Origin: Catajapyx aquilonaris
Taxonomy: Eukaryota
NCBI GenBank assembly: GCA_000934665.2
Contig: JYFJ02001049.1
Location: 62,001-93,747 of the forward strand
Length of the DNA: 31,747 bases
Reading direction: 5' to 3'
Shown here: positions 11,901 to 23,900 of the stretch, in pieces
Position numbering within the stretch: position 1 is the stretch's first letter
Layout of the letters: the number at the start of each line of letters is the position of its first letter
Notes under the pieces: generated by a model
Seen by the model: the letters and a program-made list of their open reading frames with translations, nothing else
Told to the model about the DNA's origin: nothing
The model's database searches: none
Translations under genes and position numbers: made by a program

Positions 11901-14900
11901 GAAACAGTGACGTCACCATTTCCCTACATAAAAACCCCAATTACTCCGGAACTGAAACTGATATCTTAAAACGGAATATGCCAAAAAAATCCAAAAAATA
12001 TGGGCGAATTTATTATGTAGTTTCCAAAATGAAGGCTACTTCCCCATTGCAAAACCTTACCACATTGATTTTGTGATCACTAAAAGAGAATTAGTTACTC
12101 TGCACGTGGTTATAAGTTGAGCTTTTTAACAGCTTCCTGAGCGGCACAATCCTCACCCAAAGTCAACCTATGATGTAAAACAGGGTCGCACTTGCCCCGA
12201 CTCACCTTACTTTTTTTATATAGCACATATGAGCATATTTAAATGTATGTGCGAGACTAAATGTAGGAGCTAAGTAAGTCAGGAACTGTCCCTATTAGGT
12301 ATTTAGCATGCTGATGAATAATTGTACTTACGTTCAGACTGAAGGGTGATGTAAAAAGGTCTATTAGAATTTTCTAAGTCAATTCTTACCTCCCCACATA
12401 ACATTAGTGTCATTTTAATAATATCCACAACTGTTTACAGGATCTGGCCATTGTGTTGCAAGACAAAAAACAACTAGAAGAGATAGTGAGAGGCTTGCGC
12501 CAGGAGAACAAAAAGCGTCGAAAGATGTTGGCATGGCATCAGTCCACCTTTGCATCTGGTGATTGCAATAAAAAACAAGATGGAGGAAATAACATAAAGG
12601 AAATTGTGGTCCACTGTCCTTACTGTCCAAAGGCCTTCCTTGCCACCAACTTTCTGTTCATACATTGTGCCAGGCGGCACCCTGATCGTAGCCCACCTGT
12701 AATATCTGTGCCAATTCAGCCTATATTATCAAGTAACAACAGTGCAGTGGAGTTAGGGGAGGAGGTGATAAATCCACTTGAGAAGGAAGTACAGGAGCTG
12801 AGAAAGAAGCTGAGGTATGCTGAAAATAAGGCATTGGATGAAGGCATGCATCAGCAGGTAGGAACACATTTTAAAAATATAAGTCATCAATTTGTTTGAA
12901 TGTTTAATTATTAACCTTTGTTGTCATAGAAGGGTAAGGAGGAAATTGAGAGGGAGAGGATGAAGATGAGCTTGGAGCAATTGAGACTGGATCTTGAAAA
13001 AAAGCATCAGGAGGAGATAATGAACTTGAAAGACATGTTTCATGAAGAAGTGCAGGTAAGGTGGAGTGGTTGGATTTTTACTGTCTTCATTGTCACTTAC
13101 ATAGAGCTTAATAATTATGTATATTTTGTGTCTATTTTGTAAATGAAACAGATTAATATTTTTGCACATTATGTGCTTTGCATGGACAGTCTTGATTTTG
13201 TACAGTGAAATCTGTTTATAAGGAACCCTGCATGCAGTCCATGCATGTCCATGGGCTGATTTTGCTTGGTCTGAGAATGAAAATTTCAATGCACATGGGT
13301 TGCACCAGAAGTCATGGCATATGTTTTTAAATATTAACTCAGTTTTTAGCTTAGCCTTTAAGGATTAAGGATGGTTTATACTCTCGGGTAAGGGCCACGT
13401 AGTCAGAGTAGCAGCTTAAGAATAGAAGACCAAGTGGTTTATAGTTCTTACAAAGTAGCCTACTTCCCAAGCTACTGTCACGATTTGCAAGCCATCGCAT
13501 ATGTCGAAAGTGCTTGCACGCTTTCTGACCAGGTTTCCCCCCCCCCTATACAAATCACCTTTATAAAGTAATGTCCATTGAACTCTGCAGTGTCTACATT
13601 GCATGACCAAAACTGGTCTTAGTCCAAAAGAATGCCTCTCAATCATTTATTTTGACATACTCAACCTATAGACATGGAGTTGTGGATTAATTGTTGAACA
13701 CTGCCCGTCGCACATCCCGCCAGACCTGTCAAGGACACTTTTTAAAAACTTCAATTATTGTACATTTTAAAATGCCCATGGACCACACTGCAGACAAAAT
13801 CATCATGAGTGCAATTTTTTTTTGCATAAAAATAGGCACAACACCAATAGGGCAATCAAATGTACTATATCGCTCAAAAAGATAGAGACGATTGGCATTT
13901 GATTCAAGTGCAAGTTGCACTTGAGTCAAATGCAAAATCGTCTCTATCTTTTTGGGCGATATAGTACTTTGCAGGTTTTTTCAAATATTCATTGATGATG
14001 ATGATGATGATGGTGATAACACACCTAAAAAAATAATTAGAGTAATACCAAGGTGGGCAGAGAAGTTATAACTCACAAGGGAATGACCAAGGGTGGTAGC
14101 CTCTGATTTGACTGAAACTTGGTTGAGGGGTCAATCATGGCACACAGTGGTGAAGGTCCTAGACTGCGACTTTCAGACATTTCCGAGATATGAGCAATTG
14201 AAACATCCGAATTTTGGCTGCGCGTACAGGGTTCGGGCAGGAAAAGGACAAGTTCAAGGTCCCTGTACCCCTATACACACAGACAAAATTAGGGTGTTCC
14301 CATCGCTCATATCTCAGAAACGGCTGAACCACTGTATTTATGGCACATGATTGATCGCTCATGGGGGAGGTGTGGTGGCCGAGATGGTAACGTCTCGGCT
14401 TGCTGAGTGGAAGGTCCCAGGTTCGATCCCCGCCTGGGAGTTCCCTTCCACCTGCGTCAGGAGGGTCTCTGACCTGCACCAAGGAGGTGTCTGGCAACCT
14501 AACCTCCTGGGGAACAGCACATGGCCCCTTTTCAGACAATGCACTCGCACCCATGTTCCCTCCCCAAAAATCCCTTATCCTTACTTAATGTCCTTGTTTC
14601 CCTGCACTGGAGTGAAGATAAAATTAGAAAATTGATTGAAAAATGGTGGTGTACCATCCCTTATAGAACCCGTCATCATGGGGTACAAAAAAATAAAAAA
14701 TAACAAAATAAAAAACTGATCGCTCATGCATGTTTCAGCCAAATCGGAGGCTACCACCCTTGGTCATTCCCTTGTCAGATCTTTTGTGCACTCGGGTTTA
14801 TTTCTCATGAAATAGTGGAAATGGAACATATGCCCAACAATAATAATGACATTTTCATGTGTTTGGTAGGCCAAAACATTTTTTAGATTGGAGTTGCTCA

Positions 14901-17900
14901 AATGTATTGTAGCTGACTAATATGTAGGGAACCATCCACAAATGTACAGAGTCATGTTCAGACATGCAGACTAGCAAAGGATTTCAGTATTATGTAGTCC
15001 AGCAATCTAGCTGGTAAAAGTGAAGTTTGTGAGTGGGGAGGGGGAGGCATCAGAATTTTCATTTTACCAGCCAGACTAGTTAACGCAGTTTTCTGTTGCA
15101 AGTCTACATTTCTTAAAGATACAGTGTGTGAAGTGTAACAACATTTTGGAATACATTAATTTTATGAAATAATTATATTGAGGGCTACTGCTACCTGGTG
15201 GATCTGATCGTACAATAGACAAAAAAGTGATTCAAAAGGGATAGCTTTATTAACTTTAAGCTCTTGATTGATCAACTGTCACGTGCTCGTCATTTTGTGC
15301 AAAGTGACTTGTATGATGTCTTACCAGGGGAATTGTTTAGTTGCAAACTCCTCAGTTGCATATAAATTGCAAAGCTGTGCTTCCTGTGGGGTCTCTTCCA
15401 TTATTGACCATAATGTTTCTTCTCATATATCCTAACCTTGAAGCGAATCCCTTTCTCCTCATGCCAGCCTTGCAAGGCCCTCTCATCTACCACTGACACA
15501 AAATCATCTTCTTGAAACTTTGGAAAAAATGTGTCACATTTAAAAGTTGCATTTATGTGTGTGAGATACATGCGGTGCAAGTAGGGACTCTCTAGTGCCA
15601 GTTTGTATATTTCAGATCCTCCATGAACCCATATTGTTTCCACATGTTTGAGCCTATTACACACTTCCAGTGCCTCTCCTAGGCTTCCAACCCAGTGTAC
15701 ATCTTTATTTATGTATGCAGGTCTTGAAGAGTGGCTTATCACAATGTTCAGGGTGTTCGGAAAGGGTTGCAGGTCCAAATCTTTGAGCGTGTCCCATGTC
15801 CGACGTCCAAATATAGCTGCATTTTGCTTTCTTGAGTCAGTGGTGGAAGTAGTGAGATGGAGATAGTGTTCCCAGTCTTTAGTGAGGTGCCAGGGAAGGG
15901 CCTGATCACGGCCAATACCTCTCTCAGAATCCAATGCTGCTATTATGTTCATTTCTATAGATGTATCTACCAAATAGTGATTGTGTGATATTATTTTCAT
16001 TTTTCTTCATGGTGAAAATAAATAACTAGGTAGAATGCTGGGAAAGTATTTGAGCATGTCATGAGGCATAATATTTTACAGTCAGGAGTGGCCAAGAATG
16101 GTACAAAAGCTAAAAATGAAGGAAAGGTCAAAGCATGGTTATTTTTTGCCACTTTCAGTGGAATTTTAAAGTTTATGTGTTTGATAATAGTATTTCTTCA
16201 ATGGGCATTATGATCGTTGATCTTGTTCATACCATTTATTCATATTTAAGCTTGCATCATAGAAGACTATTTAAAAACTCCATATGAATAATGAATGTAT
16301 TAGGTAGCACTTCATGTATGCTTACTTTATAGCTAGTGCAATGCAACAAAATAAGATTCCTTACCTTGCTGTTGTGTAGTCCCAGTTGGCCTTGGCTAGA
16401 AAGGAAGGCCCCTTCACTCCTGCTTGATTCTAAAGGTGAATGTGAAAAGGAAAGTGGAGGGGAAAACTGCTTGGCAGGAGGGCAGAGGGGAGGGGAGAGT
16501 CGGTTTTCTTCTCTTTTGTAATCCCTTATAGTGGCTTGATCTGCCATTGGTTCAATTAAGTGCTTGGGGGCAAGTAGACATCCTGTTTTAAATGAGTTCC
16601 CAGAATAAGTATCATGTGAACAGCAAAACCTTTACTTGTGCAAATCATACCTTAGGGTTAAGATTTTTTTCTCTCTAATTGGCCACCATAATTTCTTGCA
16701 ATTGAATGATTCAGCGACACTCATAGTTTGAATAGTGGGATAATTTTATTATCTTATCTTTATTTTGATAAATGGCATATCTTACAATGATTTCTAGACA
16801 TTTTTCCTTATTTGTTGAAAGACTTTCGCAAGTCTTTGAAAGGGCAGACAGTGACATCTGTTCAGTTCTTGTACCCTATTTAACTTTATTTGGTGTTAAG
16901 ACCACTACTACTACCTACTTACCACAAATGGGATATAGAGGTATATCTGCAATTTGCCAGCTCATACGTGTATTTGTCATGTAATATTCCGGATTAAAGA
17001 TGAAATGAGTAGGAAATCCATAACCTAATCATCATTGCAGCACAAAAGATGATCCTGTAAAAGGCCCAAGGTGGCCTATCATGGGGTATCCATCATCATT
17101 ATTATTATCATTGCAGCACTTAATTTGAGGGCTGTTACAGTGGTCCTTGGACTTACACCATAATACTGTACATACTGATGACAGTCTCATGGTTTCTTTT
17201 TAATGAACTTGGTTCATCAGTTTGAACATTTTGAAAACATGGTGCCTTTGTGGACATTGGTAATACTAGTACTGTACTGTAACACTGTAAGTAACATTTG
17301 ATTTATTCTCTGAATGATTGTTGCCTGAACTTCTATTTCAGAAAATTCAGGACAAGGTTGGCAGTATGACACCTCAGAGCATTTCTCCTCGCCTGGGAGA
17401 CCAACCAGACCTTGTAGATAAGCTGCATCAGCAAGATCTGGAAATACGCAACTTGCAGGACCAGCTCAAATCTCAGGTAAGTCCTTTCTGACATACTGGT
17501 GGCATGTTTAAATGGGCTACATTTATTTTTTGGGGTGCTAATTGAAGGAGGCCAGGAGGTGAACATGGGGCTCATCAAGGGACTGTAAAAAGAAAGAAGA
17601 AAAAAAAAGAGAGGATGTGAAAAGCAGGATGGTGTTACATGTGGGAGCATTATATGGAGGTTTTACTGTATTTTAATAATGCTTTGCCATCACGGCTTCG
17701 GAACAAGAAGGGAGGAAATGGTGGAACCCACTCTTGTGGGATCAGCCGCTTTGCCTGAATTTATGAAAATTTTATTGAGACCAGCATTTCATTACATAAA
17801 ACTGAGCATCTTGGAAAATAGAATCAGTATTTTAGCTCATACCTTGAGTCAATTTTACCGAATCCTGCTAATTTGACTTGTTAATAATTGCCATTATCTG

Positions 17901-20900
17901 CAGCATTGTCAGGGGGGAAGGAGAGAGGAGGAGGGAAAATGAGAGAGAAAGTGCTTAGTGTGACGCCAACAGAAGGATGAGTTATATGCTCTTGGACGAT
18001 TAGGCCATAAGAGGGCCGCATTTCATGCAGATTATTGTGAACTTTGAAAACATTGTGACGCAGTTGTGAGTTGTGTAGTGGGAAGAGGAGATTGTGAGGA
18101 TGAACCAGTGCATTTTTAAGAAGTGAAATTCCTTCGACAACATTTTTTGAAGTTGTTAATTTTTAATACCATTAATTAATATTAGTGAAAATAGTATCTA
18201 TTTCCTGTTACATTTTTCAATCTTCTCAATATCCATGTAAACTTAGAGGATAAAGTGGATGTTACAGTAAATAAGTTGCACAATTTAGAATGTATCTTAA
18301 TATTGGAATGTGATGAAAACTTTTATTTTCATTATGTGCAATTCATTATACTTGCAATTCTGCCATCCCAAGGGGAAACACCCTAACTCCAAAACTAGTA
18401 GGGGTGAAAGTCACATACATGCCCTGCACTAATCCCCCCTGACTCAGGAGGGATTAGCGCAGGGCATGCCTGCGACTTTAACCCTGACTAGTTTTTCAGA
18501 TAGGGTGTTTCTCCTTGGGATGGCAGAATTAGCATTGGTTTAATGGGCAGTATACCCTGCAGTAATAAATTCAATGTTTAACTCAATACAGCTGAGCAAA
18601 GACCTGGGCAATGTTGAAGGACGACTGGAAGCTCAGGAGCGCTACTGGAAGGCAAAGCTGAAACAAATACAAGATCACCATGCAGCTGACATGCAGCATC
18701 TGAAAGAGACAATGGAAAAGGGTCAGAGAGAAGGTAGGCAATGGTTAGAAACTGTGGTTAATTGTAATCGGTATTATTTTTTGCAAGTAACTTACATTTA
18801 AATGACAGTGTCTAATCTGCAGTCTAGAAGTGAAATTACACATTTAAGGGCAATTTTAAGGCGAAATCTAGGGAAGCAGGCACCAAACTCAATGAAACCA
18901 ATCAAATGAATTTGTTTTTCGGCATGTGTTTTTAAAGATACCAACCAGGGGTGTTGCGAGAAAATTTTGGCAGGATATACTCTAGAAGTGCAAAGGCTTA
19001 ACAAACAGTGTTCTTTCCCCCTCTGGTCAACCAAAAGCATGATTACATACCTGCAATGCTTTACACTGTACATGTTGCAGTATACACACACAACCTTTTT
19101 TTGCTGAATTTTGCTGAACATGAGGCTTCTTGAAGGGGTGTAAGCCATAATGTGTGTGCCATATATACTATAGCCTCACATTTAGATTTTTCTCTGCTGG
19201 GTGTATGTCGCATACCTGTGTACAGTCGGCTCAAGGAGTATGTTACCAGACCCCTAACCTAGAAATTTCTAGGTTAGGGGTCTGGTAACATACTCCTTGA
19301 GCCGACTGTACCCCCTCTGCAACACCCCTGGATACAAACATTTTAGCACCTTTACTCTTATACCATGAAGGTAAATGTTGCTAACTGCATAATTGATTAA
19401 GCCAGTGGTTTCCAACCTTTCTTGAGTCACAACCCCCTTTTATAATAGCAAAATGACCTGCGACACCACCTCATTTGCATAAAATGGCATAACTTGTGCC
19501 TGCCACGCTTGGCACCAAGGCCAGCAAATGGAGATCGGCCCCATCTGGACTTCAGTTGTGACGAGAGTATTACCTTGTAGTACGAGGGCCGTTCCAAAAT
19601 GATTTACAACTTCATTTTACAAATACATGGACCATTGAGGTTGGAAAATAGGCACACATTATTGATAGAATCCTGCTGGAGCCGAAAACACTGGCACCAT
19701 GCGTGTGGCAATTTCCAGGCCCTCCAGGAACCACTTTATGGTGGTGCGGCGCACCCAGTCCTGGACAACTGCTCACAGTCAACAATGTCCTCGAAATGGT
19801 GTCGGCGAAGGATATTATTAAGTGGATCCGAACAGGTGAAATTCACTGGGAGCCAGGTCCGGAAGTATGGTGGGTGTGGAAGCACCCAAAGCCGAATCCA
19901 TGAAAAAATCCCTTTGCCGATGCCATTTTGAGGACATTGTTGACAGTTGTCGACTGTAAGCAGTTGTCTAGGAGTGGGTGCGACGCACCACTAAACCGTA
20001 GTTCCTGGAGGGCCTGGAGAGGTTTCCACACCACATAAATCCTGTGTATTCGGCTCCAGGAGGATTGTATTGATAATGTACACCCATCTGCCGACCTGTG
20101 AGAGCCCTGTATTTTTGGCAATAAAATAAATTGTAAATTATTTTGAAACAGCCCTCATAGAAGATTAATTCAATCTAGACATACTGTATTAAAACACGAA
20201 TGTAAAAAAACCTTCATGGACAAATAATTTCCTGTAAAATTTATTGCAAGTAAAAATTACCGTTACGACTGCGCGACACCCCCGCCCCCCCAGTCACGAC
20301 CCACAGGTTGGAAACCACTGGCTTAAGCAAACATTAATATTGGTATTTACATTTCTAACCATTCCTGTGAAAGAATGACAAGATGTTGCTTCTAACAATT
20401 CTTTTGTAATTCACATGATTGTAATTTATTAATATTGGCATTAATTAATTTCATTACTAATCAAGGGCAAAATGTCATGAATATCAGCTGAAAGAACATG
20501 TGTTGAACTTACAGGTTCACTTGCATCGTCAATGCAAGCCTTGCAGATTAAGGGCCTCCACGAGCAGTCAGTAGAGCAGGAGGCTAAGCTGAGAAATCAG
20601 GAGGAGAAGATTAAAGATCTGATCCACTCCCCACCTACTCTGGAAGGTGTGAACAGAGGCAGCAGTAGTCCTGTTCAGACACCACGCGCAGCCACATCCA
20701 CCAGTGAATCCCAGGAGTCATCACCCAAGTTGACGAGGGGCAAGGGAAAACCACCATCAGCTGTAGTTAGACAGCAGGTTGTTCACTCCACTCCCAGGAA
20801 TGAGATCCCTGAGCCCAGTGAGTCCAGCATTGAAGCAGTGGATGAAGAAGAAGAAGAAGAAGAGGAAGAGGAAGAAGATGATGAGGAAGACAAGGGGATG

Positions 20901-23900
20901 TCTGTGGCTGAGGAACCAGTTCCATCAAGGTAAAGGATAATTATGTGACATTCATTTTATGTGGTTCAGTTTTGTAAGTCTTGTAAGTTACTTGTTCCAG
21001 TAGTGTATGAAGAAATTATCAATCTTTGAATTCTTAAATACTAAATTATATGGGAGTGTGTATTGCTGTATTTAAATTGTACTTTGAAGTTGGTTTGCAT
21101 GTGATGCTTTTGTGCTGCCTGTCTTGCAGCTGCACTACATAAATTGAAGTTATTTTTGGTGGAGCCATTATGTAGCATATGCTTAGGGTCACAATTTTGT
21201 TGGATTTGCAGTGAAGCCTGTGTATAGGGGTAGCCAAGGGGGTAAGTCACTCCTCAAAAAAGTGTGCACCAGCTCACTTGAATTGCTCACTGAAGTGAGT
21301 TGCTCTTAAAGCTGAGGGAAGCCATGGAGAGATGCAGAAGGTTGAGAGCCAACAGCCCACAGGGTAGGGACGAAGGTCTCATGCTGCACGTTTTGTAACA
21401 ATAAGTACACCAAAACTGAAAATCAGTCCTCACCGCACGTCACTATGGGCTTCGAGTGCAGCTGTGAGTGTGGATTCCCCCTGCAAAATGCGCATTTGTG
21501 CCATATGACTCACCTGTTGGCTCTCCAGCCCTTCGTGGCTCACCAGTGAGGGTGTACACCGGCTCATTGAAGCGACTACCCCCTTTTGGGTTAGACCATA
21601 AAAATTCTCCATAAGACCCATTCACACAGGCCGTCGACAGTTTTGGTCTTTGGTCACGTTGACGCCGCAGACCAATCATATGAGTGGTCCACGGCGTCAA
21701 CGCAACGAAAGACCAAAACTGTCGACGGCCAAATTCATAGTATACCATCAAACAGGGTGAGATTGTGACACACTTTGAGGTTTTTCTTATAGTAGGGCAG
21801 ATAGGTGAAACAATTGTGCCTTTAATGATAGAAGCATGAAATTTGGCACACTTTTAGACAACACCCTAATGGACGTTTTTGGAAGGGCAGCTATCTCAGA
21901 TTTTTCCTGTAATTAAATTACGAGCCATTTTTCAAAATGGCGACTAGGTGTCATATAAACGTCTTATTTTTTGTAGTTATTTATGTTCGATCATTTATTG
22001 TGGCCATGCGATGACTATTTTTATATATTTTTTAATATTTTTATTTTACGTTACCCCGTGATAAGGCTGAGCCTTTTTAGGGGGGTGGAATACCACCATT
22101 TCACTCCATTTTCATATATTAACTTCATTCACCGGTGCAAGGAGTCAAGGATGTAAGGTAAGGATAGGGATTTTTGAGGAGGGAACATAGGGTGCAAGTG
22201 CAAGGTCTGTAAAGGGGTCATGTGCTGTTCCCCAGGTGGTTAGGTTGCCAGACACCTCCTTGGTGCAGGTCAGAGACCCTCCTGACGCAGGTGAAAGGAA
22301 AGTTCCCCAGGCGGGGATCGAACCTGGGGCCTTTCACTCAGCAAGCCGAGACGTTACCATCACGGCCACCACACCTCCCCCCATGCGATGACTATTAGAA
22401 GTAAAATACACTTTTGAAGTAAAAAATAATTTAAAGTATAATAGTATAGTGTACTGTATAACAATCATAATCATATTCATAATTTATAACATACGAGGCC
22501 CATATCATTCTATTGTAAAATTTTATGGTATCGTTTGCTACCTTTCCCAAATTGCCACTGTGCCCATCAGGGTAATATATAAATATATAAGTAAGTAAAT
22601 AAATACATAAATAAATATCATTTTATTGGGATAGTCAAGTGAAGAAAAATAAACTCCTTCACAACTATTGAGAGTTGTTTATTTGATACTCATGCAGTGT
22701 CTTGGATTACTAATTTTTATTTTATTGTCCATTAAAAACTTTAAAATCAAGCATCAACAAAAATTAATTTTACAGGCCTAATAACACCAAGTCGCGAATT
22801 TCATTTGCCATTGCCAACCTCGTTCATCCTTCAATGTAGTGAAACATGTCTACATTCGCTAGTTTACATCTGCTCCCAGTAGGGCACAGTGTTGTCCAAA
22901 AAATGTACTGGTACAATCTCACCACATTTGACGGGTATTTATGAAAATAAAACCCTTGCTCTTATTGAATAATTTTTTAACTGTTTAGTTTTTACTGTAT
23001 ACATACTAACTAACCATACTAACTAACGTGGTGGGGAATACTACCCCGCCACAATTTTTTCCACACTACCAGAGACAGTTTCGCCCCCAAATTTGCCGCC
23101 CCTAAAAATTTGCTGCTCTAGGCAGTTGCCTACTTTGCCTAAATTGGGAAATATGGCCGTGGCTGTTCCCTAATTGTCACAACTTCATTCTTTTCCCAGA
23201 ATTAATGCAGTACAAATATAGCAAAATATAATGGATAAGTTATTCTTTATGAAGAAGGGCTTGTAATTCTTTCAAGAAAACTTTATTTTGTCATTGGGTA
23301 AAGTATTCAGTATTTTGTGATTAGTATTACTCTAACAGTTTCAGGACTATGACCCCAAAAGCAACCCCACAAAAAGCAACAGTTGAGGTTCCTGAAGGGA
23401 GTTCGAAATCTTTGAAAGCATTGCGAAAATCTGCAAACCAAAACCTGTCACCTCATCTGAAGAGATTTGGCATTTCACCAAATGAAACCCACCTTAGTGC
23501 CTCCAGAAAGAAAGAAGTGGTGAAGAAGCTGCAGAAGGAGAGGGACAAAATAAGTCAGGTATAGCCTGTGTACCTAATTTTAATGTAATATTCTCAGTGA
23601 TGAGAATGACGTAGTGATTGAGGACCTTTACCGTAGTGCCTGTTGCACATTATGCAGTGAGTCCAAGATCTAGAGATATTTTTGTAGTTTTGTGTACTTT
23701 ACTTTGTATTGACACTAGTGGTGAGTTTAAAATCATAACATTTTGGCTGTTGGTCAGTGTTATTAATGTTATTAATTTCAATGTTGGGTAGCAATATCCA
23801 GAATACAGACACATTCGCACCCAGCTGGAAAAACAAGTAAATGCCAGGGTGCAAGAGAAGTTATGGGAACAGGCTGACAACCAACCATTTCAAAAAAGGA

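Larger units (their letters stand above)
10223..12207 (+). mobile_element. Internally deleted pogo-like (Tc1/mariner superfamily) DNA transposon hosting two nested insertions
   Basis: TIRs aggtgagtcaaggcaagtgcgac and gtcgcacttgccccgactcacct, flanked by TG and TA. The ggggca.gtgcgac motif recurs subterminally at 10566-10652. An HTH_psq remnant lies at ~10674-10803. Confidence 0.75.
21745..22935. mobile_element. Older copy of the TA-CCGTCAAACGGGGTGAGATTGTG MITE family, expanded by nested insertions
   Basis: Degenerate TIRs ta-ccatcaaacagggtgagattgtg and tacaatctcaccacatttgacggg-ta match the intact element at 30555-30760. Confidence 0.65.

Noticed and set aside
14364..14440. tRNA gene
   Set aside because: The A and B boxes are followed by a ~280-bp body, an A-rich tail and a TSD, and a second copy is present. 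This is a SINE head.
16257..16547. 96-aa ORF as an N-terminal coding exon of the DHFR-like gene
   Set aside because: Its donor is in phase 0, whereas the acceptor before the DHFR ATG needs phase 1, and the phase-1 frame contains a stop. At most a UTR exon or uORF.
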